A DNA stretch of 64,000 bases, from the IMG/VR virus record IMGVR_UViG_3300020011_000226, positions 32,001 through 96,000 of that record; one strand, 5' to 3'. Shown here one piece after another: positions 11,465-19,424 of this stretch. A program made the translations under genes and the position numbers. Below the pieces are notes generated by a model. The model was given only the letters and a program-made list of their open reading frames with translations, searched no databases and was not told the origin of the DNA. How positions within the stretch are numbered: the first letter of the stretch is position 1; every line of letters begins with the position of its first letter. The stretch comes from a virus. Taxonomy: Duplodnaviria; Caudoviricetes.

Positions 11465-11637
11465 TTATAAGAAACAAGCTGTGCGCGGATTCTTTCTCTT
11501 TCCTGTTCTGCTTGTAGTTGTTTTAGTTCATCCTCTGACAATAAAGACAAATCAATCTCTTTTGTTCGAATAGTCTCAGGGTTTTCTTTAATGTAATCTC
11601 TGAGTATTTGTACTGATTCTTTAAGTTCTTTATTCAT
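11446..11637 (-). CDS. Hypothetical protein, 63 aa
   Basis: ATG-initiated ORF, last in a chain of minus-strand small genes. Confidence 0.5.
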   Translation of the reverse strand: MNKELKESVQILRDYIKENPETIRTKEIDLSLLSEDELKQLQAEQERERIRAQLVSYNKKGEP

Positions 11638-11698
11638 TGTTTCCTGTTGCTAAAATAATATATCCATTATTTATTTTTCTTTGATCTATCTGTTAATC

Positions 11699-11878
11699 TC
11701 ATTCTTTTTGTTGTTTATTTGCAAATTTACCTTGCTCATCTTTTTCTTTCCATTTGCTAAGAATCTTCGGATCTTCTCTATTTTCAAATCCTTTATCGAG
11801 AATTTTTCCCATTAGCATGACTAACAGTATAAAACCAACTATTAGAGCGAGTACAATATATACTATAATCTGTATCAT
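11699..11878 (-). CDS. Small membrane protein (MIQIIVYIVLALIVGFILLVMLMGK...), not in the ORF track
   Basis: Hand-translated 59-aa ORF with one N-terminal hydrophobic helix. Confidence 0.5.
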   Translation of the reverse strand: MIQIIVYIVLALIVGFILLVMLMGKILDKGFENREDPKILSKWKEKDEQGKFANKQQKE

Positions 11879-11887
11879 AACTATTTT

Positions 11888-12112
11888 CTATTTCTTTTTA
11901 TAAATGTTTGAACGTTTTTCCAAACTATCAAGAGTGGCCTCTATAGAAGGCCTATAACAAGGAGGATATTCTAATTCTTCAATCTTAAGCTCACTTTTAG
12001 ATTTGGAAATAGACTTTCTATTCTGAACATAGTTATAAATATATAATGCTGTATACATTACATAAAACAAAGTCAGTACAATGATTATAACTATTCCTGC
12101 TTTTGATTTCAT
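11888..12112 (-). CDS. Small membrane protein, 74 aa
   Basis: N-terminal TM helix; abuts the upstream stop codon. Confidence 0.55.
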   Translation of the reverse strand: MKSKAGIVIIIVLTLFYVMYTALYIYNYVQNRKSISKSKSELKIEELEYPPCYRPSIEATLDSLEKRSNIYKKK

Positions 12113-13999
12113 TTAAGTAAAAAATATGTTAATGTTCTTTTGTGATTTACCTATCTGTGCAACTTCATTTAATGCTTTTGTGAGAGATTCAACATCATAT
12201 CTTTGTAAATCAGAATTATAGTCTTTTCCTTCTTTATCGAGCATCTTCTGAATCTCTTTACTGGTGTACTTCTTTTTAGGACTAAGTCCATGATTATATC
12301 TAAATTCCATCATTCTCGCATATATTTCAGCAGGAGCATCTATGTAACTGTGCTGAGGAATTCCCGCTTTATTCTTTATAATTCTTTTCACAGCAGCTGT
12401 TTGGGCATTATATCCTACAAGAGCATCTTCTCTTCCTGGTTTTCCACTGGCATGAGTTCTTTCGTGTATATGTATTCCATTTTGTGAATACCCTACATTA
12501 CCATTATTTAAAACATCTACAAATTCCATATAGGGCTCATTGTAATAAATAGTACCTTGTTGTGATGTATACGCAGCAGTATTATCATCAATATTATTAT
12601 ATACATCAGGTTCATCCTTTTGTAGCTCATCAAATGTAGAGGTTCTGTAGTTAGCCATATTATTGAGCTTTTCATAATATTCCCTATCAGCTGTAGACTT
12701 TCCAACAGGCAATCCAAACCTTTTATCTTTTGCATTGTCTACAATTGTTAAGAGTCTGTTGTAACTTCTAGCATTGTTGTATAGTTGCTCTCTTCTATTA
12801 TTGTACCAGTTTGCTATCCAATTAACAGATGCTTGATCTTCTGGTACTTTTGGGATTATAGGATTGGCTATAGGAGTAAATGCTGCCGTTTCATCTCCTC
12901 CATCACCAAACAGATTACCCCCATCTCCATGCCACTTAGCTGCGTTTAATTCAAAAGTTGCCATCTTCTTCTGAGCAGGTGTCCCATGCTCTTTAAACCA
13001 TGTAGCAGAATGGCCTGTCCTTTCTTTTAAAGCTGTGAATTTACCGCGATTTTCTGGCTTGATATAAATCTTGCCACCTTCCGCAAACTCATTATACCTT
13101 TTCTTTATCTCTTGGAGGTCTGTGATACCATGCTTGACTGCTACCTTCATCATTTCAGATTTGGCAGTTAGTGAGAGCCTATCCCATGCATCTCTGTAGG
13201 TAGGCTTCCAGATAGGGCCACCAGTATCTTTCTTATTTACAGGCTTCCCATTTTTATCATAGTACTGCTTGCCATATATTTCAAAGGGCTCACCAAACGG
13301 CAGTACATCTCCTATTTTATCTAACCCGACGGTTTTACCAGTCTCAATAAACCCTTTCCATGAGGGGTCATCTTCTGAACTTTTACCTCTGAAGGGGTTT
13401 ATATCCCAAGTATCTTCATAGGAGATATATGTACCATTTTCATCCTGCCCCTTCGTCTGATGGAAAGTCCCAAGCTGATGACTGTGCATCCACCTATCTC
13501 CATCCAGCTCATTTGAATTTTGTGGCAAGTGAAAGATATTCCCTTCTTGATTAGGATATGCAAGCTCATAAGCTCCAGGCTTACTTTTGCTGGGTACTAC
13601 AATGTCTTTTACAGCGTATTTTGCAAGTCCTCCATCCTTATTTTCTCCAAAAGGAAAGCCAAGCTCTTGAACTTCCTTGCTTGTTAAATGCCTACCATCG
13701 GGCAAACCTTTTGGAGCTTGAGAGTAGGAGGCAATGATAGAATCCTGTCCTGTATATTTGCCAAATAGTCCTTCAGTATTAGGGTCAGAATAGCTTCTTC
13801 TATCGCCCTTTATGAAATTCATCATATTATCATAAGTGTATCCTGTAGGCTCTACAGTTCGATACATCCTATCTCTTAACCTTTGACTGTTTTTTATTTT
13901 ATGCCTTACGGCTTTTGCTCCTCTATAAGCTGCTGGCAACCAATAAAGAAGCCCACCCAAAGGAAATAGGTTTGTGTCCTGTTCTGGAAAATTACTCAT
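12113..13999 (-). CDS. Modular cargo-like protein with GG-motif linkers and a C-terminal zincin-like (HExxH) domain
   Basis: HIHERTH plus downstream EIYARMME; FPLGG, DTGG, FAEGGKI and HGDGGNLFGDGG motifs. Confidence 0.6.
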   Translation of the reverse strand: MSNFPEQDTNLFPLGGLLYWLPAAYRGAKAVRHKIKNSQRLRDRMYRTVEPTGYTYDNMMNFIKGDRRSYSDPNTEGLFGKYTGQDSIIASYSQAPKGLPDGRHLTSKEVQELGFPFGENKDGGLAKYAVKDIVVPSKSKPGAYELAYPNQEGNIFHLPQNSNELDGDRWMHSHQLGTFHQTKGQDENGTYISYEDTWDINPFRGKSSEDDPSWKGFIETGKTVGLDKIGDVLPFGEPFEIYGKQYYDKNGKPVNKKDTGGPIWKPTYRDAWDRLSLTAKSEMMKVAVKHGITDLQEIKKRYNEFAEGGKIYIKPENRGKFTALKERTGHSATWFKEHGTPAQKKMATFELNAAKWHGDGGNLFGDGGDETAAFTPIANPIIPKVPEDQASVNWIANWYNNRREQLYNNARSYNRLLTIVDNAKDKRFGLPVGKSTADREYYEKLNNMANYRTSTFDELQKDEPDVYNNIDDNTAAYTSQQGTIYYNEPYMEFVDVLNNGNVGYSQNGIHIHERTHASGKPGREDALVGYNAQTAAVKRIIKNKAGIPQHSYIDAPAEIYARMMEFRYNHGLSPKKKYTSKEIQKMLDKEGKDYNSDLQRYDVESLTKALNEVAQIGKSQKNINIFFT

Positions 14000-14001
14000 A
14001 T

Positions 14002-14439
14002 CTATTTTACAAATATGTATTTCTGATTAAACTGCGTTGTAACATTAGGCCAAGATACATTGGAGTACTTATCCCATTTCCAGACCTCATAACTGCCCAG
14101 ACTGTCTTGCCTTATCATATAGTACTTGATTGTGTGTGGCGTAAAACAATACCAGACAGTGTCACCTGCTCTCACCTTTAGCATGCTATCTGCCTTCTGC
14201 ACAATCTCTTTATGTATTAAGTAGCTAATATGAGGAGGCCTGTCTGTCCCATCTATCATGGCCACCTCTGCTGTATCTATATCAATCTTACCAAAGGGAG
14301 TGTTGTACACTGATTCTGAAGCCTCAAAATGATTCAGGTAAACCGTGTACAGTATAAAAGACAGTACTAAAATAAGTACTATTGAAGAAGATACCCAGAA
14401 CCCTGCGGATATTATATTTTCTATTTTAGATAGCTTCAT
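14002..14439 (-). CDS. Membrane-anchored hypothetical protein
   Basis: N-terminal TM helix; promoter directly upstream. Confidence 0.6.
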   Translation of the reverse strand: MKLSKIENIISAGFWVSSSIVLILVLSFILYTVYLNHFEASESVYNTPFGKIDIDTAEVAMIDGTDRPPHISYLIHKEIVQKADSMLKVRAGDTVWYCFTPHTIKYYMIRQDSLGSYEVWKWDKYSNVSWPNVTTQFNQKYIFVK

Positions 14440-14455
14440 ACTCTTTTAATTTTTC

Positions 14456-14465
14456 CGCAAAGATA
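14456..14465 (-). promoter_or_regulatory. Bacteroidota sigma-type -7 box TATCTTTGCG
   Basis: Matches the TAnnTTTG consensus; intergenic, upstream of the ATG at 14439. Confidence 0.7.
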
Positions 14466-14569
14466 AGTAAAAAATGAATGATGACCAAATTATTAGGAGT
14501 TTTCTTAATCATCTGAATAAAAGATATTAGAGATTCCTTTAACAATCATAAAGTCTGTTGGATAGTTTT

Positions 14570-14579
14570 TATCTTTGCA
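14570..14579 (+). promoter_or_regulatory. Bacteroidota -7 box TATCTTTGCA (divergent promoter for the lysis-like cassette)
   Basis: Matches TAnnTTTG; divergent from the box at 14456. Confidence 0.7.
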
Positions 14580-14597
14580 ATGGTAAAAAGAAATAGT

Positions 14598-14792
14598 ATG
14601 ACGTTGCTTGTAGGATTCATAGTATGGATGATTGGAGCAGTAGTTGCTTGGTTCCAGATAAGACACTGGAATAGAGGGCAGTCTTTTGATTGTCCAAGAG
14701 ACTATATCATCCTATCACTACTGAGTATTCTCTCATGGGCTATCTATCCTATTTATGCATTGGAATGGATTAGTAATGAATTAGAAAAGTAA
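14598..14792 (+). CDS. Small two-TM membrane protein
   Basis: Two hydrophobic helices. Start moved to ATG 14598 because 14580 abuts the promoter box. Confidence 0.55.
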   Translation: MTLLVGFIVWMIGAVVAWFQIRHWNRGQSFDCPRDYIILSLLSILSWAIYPIYALEWISNELEK

Positions 14793-14796
14793 AGAT

Positions 14797-15123
14797 ATGG
14801 CAAGTGAGATTGTAATGGCTATTGTTGGAGTGGTCTGCACTGGATTGTCCAGTCTGATAACATTCCTGTTAACCCGAAGGAAATACAACACTGAGGTTGA
14901 TTCCCAGCAGATAGAGAACATGGAAAAGTCCTTTAATGCATATAAGAAGATGATGGAGGAGACTCTTGAGGCCCAGAAAAGACTGATGGAGACAACAGTT
15001 AACGGTCTCAATGCCAAGGTTGATACCTTGGAAGGAGAGAATAAATTCTTGAGAAAGCAGGTTGATGAACTAAGGAGCCAGCTGATACAATATCTCGGTA
15101 TGAAATTCAAAGCCACTGAATAA
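14797..15123 (+). CDS. Putative holin/lysis accessory protein (N-terminal TM plus coiled coil)
   Basis: TM helix then heptad repeats; TAATG coupling to the DUF5675 gene. Confidence 0.55.
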   Translation: MASEIVMAIVGVVCTGLSSLITFLLTRRKYNTEVDSQQIENMEKSFNAYKKMMEETLEAQKRLMETTVNGLNAKVDTLEGENKFLRKQVDELRSQLIQYLGMKFKATE

Positions 15124-15584
15124 TGAAGATAGTAATAGACAGGAAGTGGAAGAAGTCAGCCTATACCATTGGTGTGATGACCATTGATGGTGAGAGGTTC
15201 TCAGAGACACTGGAAGACCCAGACAGGGGGCTGACCAGCAAAATGACAGAGGCTGAGATAAAAACCAAGAAGATATATGGCATTACAGCTATCCCGACTG
15301 GAACCTATGAGATAAAGATGACTTACTCTCCCAAGTTTGCCACAAGAGTATGGGGCAAGAGATACCAAGGACAGGTTCCAGAGATAATGAATGTAAGGGG
15401 ATTTTTGGGGGTGAGAGTGCATCCATTGAACACAGCAGCTGATTCACTCGGATGTATTGGTGTTGGAAGAAACCTTGAAAAAGGTAAAATTCTCCAGTCA
15501 ACAGAATACTATTACAAGCTATTAGATAAATACATTCTTCCTGCCATCAAGAAAGGGGAGAAGGTGACATTGACAATAAAATAA
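15123..15584 (+). CDS. DUF5675 family protein (YkuD/L,D-peptidase-like, candidate endolysin)
   Basis: YTIG...TLED...TAIPTGTY...GVRVHPLNTAADSLGCIGVG, an H...SxGC catalytic-like motif. Confidence 0.8.
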   Translation: MKIVIDRKWKKSAYTIGVMTIDGERFSETLEDPDRGLTSKMTEAEIKTKKIYGITAIPTGTYEIKMTYSPKFATRVWGKRYQGQVPEIMNVRGFLGVRVHPLNTAADSLGCIGVGRNLEKGKILQSTEYYYKLLDKYILPAIKKGEKVTLTIK

Positions 15585-15684
15585 CTTTTTCATAAATAAA
15601 GCTTTTTTAGGGTTAGTGGTTTTTCATAGTGTTGTTAAAATTAAATTAATTGAAATTTGTTTGTTTTTAGTTTTGACAAAAGAG

Positions 15685-15714
15685 AGAAGGAGGCTGGGAA
15701 GTTTCCTTCTTTTT
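15685..15714 (+). terminator. Intrinsic terminator
   Basis: AGAAGGAGGCT-GGGA-AGTTTCCTTCT followed by a T-run. Confidence 0.6.
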
Positions 15715-15797
15715 GGAAAGAGAGTAGGATAGGACTGCCAATGCAGGAATGTGCTATATAATAAATATTAATGTTTAACGTTTAAATTAATAGAGGT

Positions 15798-15932
15798 ATG
15801 ACATGTAAAGTGAACAAACTGGCTTCAGGTGGTAGAAAAGTGGGAAGAGTAAAGCCTACTATTGCTAAGGCTGGAGCTACTAAAAACAGAGCAAGAAGGT
15901 ATGGATGTGGTGGAAAACTCAAAACTAAGTAG
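15798..15932 (+). CDS. 44-aa basic microprotein with two GG motifs (not in the ORF track)
   Basis: MTCKVNKLASGGRKVGRVKPTIAKAGATKNRARRYGCGGKLKTK*, preceded by an AT-rich leader. Confidence 0.7.
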   Translation: MTCKVNKLASGGRKVGRVKPTIAKAGATKNRARRYGCGGKLKTK

Positions 15933-16293
15933 CTACCATTGGAGTAAGCTGTTCGTAGGCTACCTAAGGATACTTCCTATGCTTATAGCAGGACTGTATA
16001 TTTTAAATACGGCCCTGTCTTACTTTGACATAGATTGGCCTGTTATTTCTTATGTAGCCAATTTCTTCTTATGGCTGTTTGTGATGATTGCTTCATATAG
16101 GCTTCATTTCTGTGAGTATCATAGGATGTTTCTATGGTACATATTTACTAATAACATTATCTGCATCACAGATACAGAAATTGGTTTGCCTATATCTAAT
16201 TGGAACTACTTTGTGCTGCATGTCATCATAGCAGGGATATTCCTTTTCTTGGTATTATACTTCCACCAGAAGTGCAGGAAGAAGCCAGAGTAG
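15901..16293 (+). CDS. Multi-pass membrane protein
   Basis: Three to four hydrophobic helices; ATG 15901 is more plausible than TTG 15862. Confidence 0.65.
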   Translation: MDVVENSKLSSYHWSKLFVGYLRILPMLIAGLYILNTALSYFDIDWPVISYVANFFLWLFVMIASYRLHFCEYHRMFLWYIFTNNIICITDTEIGLPISNWNYFVLHVIIAGIFLFLVLYFHQKCRKKPE

Positions 16294-16447
16294 TGGAGAC
16301 CAGATAAACAAGAATACAGTTTTTTCTGTTACTGTATAATTTTGCCAGTCTTCGATGACTATAAGACACAGGAAAGAAAGAAGAGGAAGCATCTCCTTCA
16401 TGGGTATTGCCTCATCTTCATTTATTCTGGCCAGCTCTTCAATGGTG

Positions 16448-17290
16448 TCAAGCTGTTGCTGAGAGATTGTACCTTCTGTCATAGAGCTGTTCAAACTGTT
16501 CCTTATTATCAGATATTGACATTATCGCAGTAACTTCACTGATAATTCTTCTGAGGTCTTGCCTGCCAACACTTTCAGTTAGATTTCTGTGGAGCTGGTA
16601 CTTCCAGTTGCCACTGTCATTCTTACCAGTCTTCTCCTTCATGGCTTGAAATACCCCGTCAGGAAGCCTGTCATAGATAAGGTGGGCTGTCAGATAGCCT
16701 ACTCTCAGAGGCTTGGAATGGCCTTCTCTAGGCTGAATATTGTATATGCGGTACAATTCCCTGTAGAATTCATCGCTGAATGTCAGCTGCCATTTGGCTA
16801 CCTCATCGGAAATATACGCTGATAGAATCTTCTGAAGTTCCCCCTTGTCCCTATCCTCCTGATAGCCTGTGGCTTCATCAATGAGTGCTACCAGTCCAAG
16901 CTTGGCAAAAGATCGCATCAATATCTCACACTGGTCTGCCACCAATTGTTGTTTTGGTTTCAGCGTAAAATTCTTCCTGATTTCCAGCATAGCATCACAG
17001 ATGTCCGTCAGGGCTTCTGCCTTGTAGCAATATACTTTTCTGTCTCCTTGCCAGCATACTATAGGAACCAATGCTCCTGATGGAATTTGTGTGGCGGCAT
17101 TGCCCAGTGCCTTTTGCTTGAAGAACTGGTTGATCTTGGTTCCAGCCCTGTTACCTTTGGTAATCTTTAGGGCCTCCTGCATTTTACTTCCTGAGAGAAG
17201 TCTTGTACCATCTTCTGTTACATAACATGGAATGACATTACCTGCCAGATTGAGTTCGCCACTGTTTTTAATTCGATTGAAATTTTCCAT
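16448..17290 (-). CDS. P63C domain protein (phage regulatory/antirepressor-like)
   Basis: IPCYVTEDGTRLLS...GLVALIDEATGYQEDR..ELQKIL..YI...W..TF..EFYRELYR signature. Confidence 0.85.
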   Translation of the reverse strand: MENFNRIKNSGELNLAGNVIPCYVTEDGTRLLSGSKMQEALKITKGNRAGTKINQFFKQKALGNAATQIPSGALVPIVCWQGDRKVYCYKAEALTDICDAMLEIRKNFTLKPKQQLVADQCEILMRSFAKLGLVALIDEATGYQEDRDKGELQKILSAYISDEVAKWQLTFSDEFYRELYRIYNIQPREGHSKPLRVGYLTAHLIYDRLPDGVFQAMKEKTGKNDSGNWKYQLHRNLTESVGRQDLRRIISEVTAIMSISDNKEQFEQLYDRRYNLSATA

Positions 17291-17465
17291 AATTTTAAAT
17301 GTTTAATTATTGAGTTATGTAAAAAATGTCGCATGCCTAACTATCAGAGGTTTAGATAGTTACGTTGGAATTTATAGTAAAAATACCTCAAAAACACCCT
17401 AAAACTGGTAATTTTTGTCGCACATTTGCTAACTGATTGATTACCAGATATTTATATAAAAAGTA

Positions 17466-17485
17466 AAAGAGGCTACATAGCCTCC
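17466..17485 (-). terminator. Hairpin terminator after the RNase H gene
   Basis: GAGGCTA-CA-TAGCCTC with an adjacent A-run (U-run on the minus strand). Confidence 0.55.
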
Positions 17486-18061
17486 CTATTTCTTCATCTT
17501 TTTCCTTCTGCCCTTTGTTGTTATTTGGTTGTAGTATTGTTCTTCTAGCTCATTAGTCCATGTTGAAGGAGATTTCTTTTTAGTCTTTGGTTTGGGTTTT
17601 GGTAATTCTTTCTTCCTCTTTTTATATTCACTTCTGGCCATCTTGTCACAGATTTCATTCCAGACATTTCCATCATGACCCTTAACCCACTCAAAACTGA
17701 CTTGAATGTTCTTGGTGTTACATATGTCCCAGTACCTTCTTATTTGGTCAAGGTTCTCAGTTGCTGTCCATCTTCCCGTAAGTACATTAATGCTATACTG
17801 GGAGTCCGAATAGATTCTAACAGATGAGTCCTGAGGAAGAGAGTTTACTATACTCATGATTGCCAACAATTCCATTCTGTTATTGGAAGTTCCAACAAAG
17901 CCTTTAGAAGCTCTTTTCACTTCTTGGTTATTGGAGTCAAAGATAATATAAGCTGCTCCTCCTGGTCTTTGGGGATTGAGGTTGTCACAGCTTCCATCAG
18001 AGAAAGCTATGAACTTTTGGGTTTCTTTCATAGGTTGTTTTTGGGTTTTACTTTTTACCAT
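17486..18061 (-). CDS. rnhA: Ribonuclease HI
   Basis: FSDGSC, TSNNRMELLAI, IYSDSQY and WVKGHDGNVWNEICD motifs (D-E-D-D catalytic residues). Confidence 0.92.
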   Translation of the reverse strand: MVKSKTQKQPMKETQKFIAFSDGSCDNLNPQRPGGAAYIIFDSNNQEVKRASKGFVGTSNNRMELLAIMSIVNSLPQDSSVRIYSDSQYSINVLTGRWTATENLDQIRRYWDICNTKNIQVSFEWVKGHDGNVWNEICDKMARSEYKKRKKELPKPKPKTKKKSPSTWTNELEEQYYNQITTKGRRKKMKK

Positions 18062-18076
18062 TTAAATCATACCATG

Positions 18077-18823
18077 TTAGTATGAGATAGCCTGAGAGAT
18101 AGAAGATGAGAGGGTGTAGGTGTTTGGATGTACTATACAGAGCTTGTGGTTAGTGGTAAATGTGAAGCCTGGGATGTCCCTGTGATTGACATGGGGAGCA
18201 TAGAACCATTCAAAATGCTGTTCTTTTTCTACCCAAGCTTTAGTTACTGCAAATTCTACCACCCGTTGCACTGTTCTGATACAGCACCCAACCTCTTTTG
18301 CTATCTTCTCCAAACTTAATCCCAGCTCTTTATACTGTTGATCTGCACTTTTCAGTCTACCCTGTTCAACTAAATCCTTCACTTTCCGTCGCACAGTCCT
18401 AAACTCCTTGGGAGAATTTGGATTGTGTCTGGCCTGAAGCAAGTGTTTTAGGTAATCTTTATTGTGCTGTATTCTCATGAATATAAATGACTGTACTGAC
18501 CTGTACGCTGAGAAAAATGTACTGAAATCCATCTCATCTATTCTGATATTCCGATTAGTAGTATGAGATGATACCTTATTAATAATAAGCACTCTGTCCT
18601 TAGGTGCTCCCTCAAAGTGGGCGAACCCATATTTCAGCAGCCAGTCCTCATATCTCTGAGCTGTCTTGTGTGATATTCCAGTTATCTGACACAGTTTGTT
18701 TGTACTGTAGTGATGAATCCTTGAGGATTTCAGTTTGTCTTTTAGCATGAGAGTCAGCGCAAGGCACTTTTGAAGCACCCTGTCCTGCCTAATCTGCGTT
18801 ATATACCTTCTCCTCAAATTCAT
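18077..18823 (-). CDS. Basic DNA-binding protein with two HTH-like segments; putative replication initiator (Rep-like)
   Basis: STNKLCQITGISHKTAQRY and SLEKIAKEVGCCIRTVQRVV HTH-like motifs; direct repeats beside the start codon. Confidence 0.5.
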   Translation of the reverse strand: MNLRRRYITQIRQDRVLQKCLALTLMLKDKLKSSRIHHYSTNKLCQITGISHKTAQRYEDWLLKYGFAHFEGAPKDRVLIINKVSSHTTNRNIRIDEMDFSTFFSAYRSVQSFIFMRIQHNKDYLKHLLQARHNPNSPKEFRTVRRKVKDLVEQGRLKSADQQYKELGLSLEKIAKEVGCCIRTVQRVVEFAVTKAWVEKEQHFEWFYAPHVNHRDIPGFTFTTNHKLCIVHPNTYTLSSSISQAISY

Positions 18824-18871
18824 AGTACAAAATGTTATCCTGATAATTGTTATCCTGTCAAAAGTACTGGC

Positions 18872-19010
18872 AATAAAAAGCCAGTAGAGGGAAAAATCCC
18901 TGTAACCATATTGTGAGACTGGGCTACAGGGCTATCCTTCTACTGGACTATATTGTTGGAATTTCTTCCTTCAACTTCTATGTCTGTGCAATCAGTCTCA
19001 CCTGGATTAC
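18872..19010 (-). ncRNA. Structured 5' leader: terminator hairpin with a potential pseudoknot
   Basis: Stems 18881-92/18935-46 and 18898-907/18922-31 with a U-run; loop 18913-21 is complementary to 18993-19001. Confidence 0.65.
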
Positions 19011-19013
19011 TGA

Positions 19014-19023
19014 TGCAAAGGTA
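19014..19023 (-). promoter_or_regulatory. -7 box TACCTTTGCA
   Basis: TAnnTTTG consensus upstream of the structured leader. Confidence 0.75.
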
Positions 19024-19158
19024 CACATTTATATCTAATTGACAAACAAAATTTTGGAATATTTTGCTCGAGGAAAAGTTAAAGTTTGTTTATATATTGA
19101 TAACTGTTTTGTTTTCAAAAAGTTATGGTTTTTCTTTGGTAGACTGAAAAGTTTTCAA

Positions 19159-19168
19159 TACCTTTGCA
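19159..19168 (+). promoter_or_regulatory. -7 box TACCTTTGCA (divergent)
   Basis: TAnnTTTG consensus upstream of the second structured leader. Confidence 0.75.
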
Positions 19169-19174
19169 GGTGAA

Positions 19175-19383
19175 TTGGAAAGCGTTTAGCTCTATCCTGC
19201 ATTGATGAATCTGGACAATCCATCTACTTGCACAGGGTATTGAGGGACGCTCTCCTCTTGGTAGGACTATACTTTGGTATAAGAATATCAGGAGAGTGAG
19301 CTATACTTTTACCTGAAAGCAAGTGGCAGTCCAGAGCCAAATCAATGGCAGGTAAAAGCGGAAAAAGACTCACTCTCTTTTTG
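19175..19383 (+). ncRNA. Attenuator-like leader with two mutually exclusive folds
   Basis: Long rod (19196-19352) versus terminator (19292-19377 plus T-run). Confidence 0.65.
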
Positions 19384-19424
19384 TGTGTCTATGCTTCCTG
19401 AAGTAATAACTAAAAACTAAAACA

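Noticed and set aside
11720-11729. TAAATTTGCA promoter-like box on the minus strand
   Set aside because: It lies inside a small coding ORF in AT-rich DNA and could be chance.
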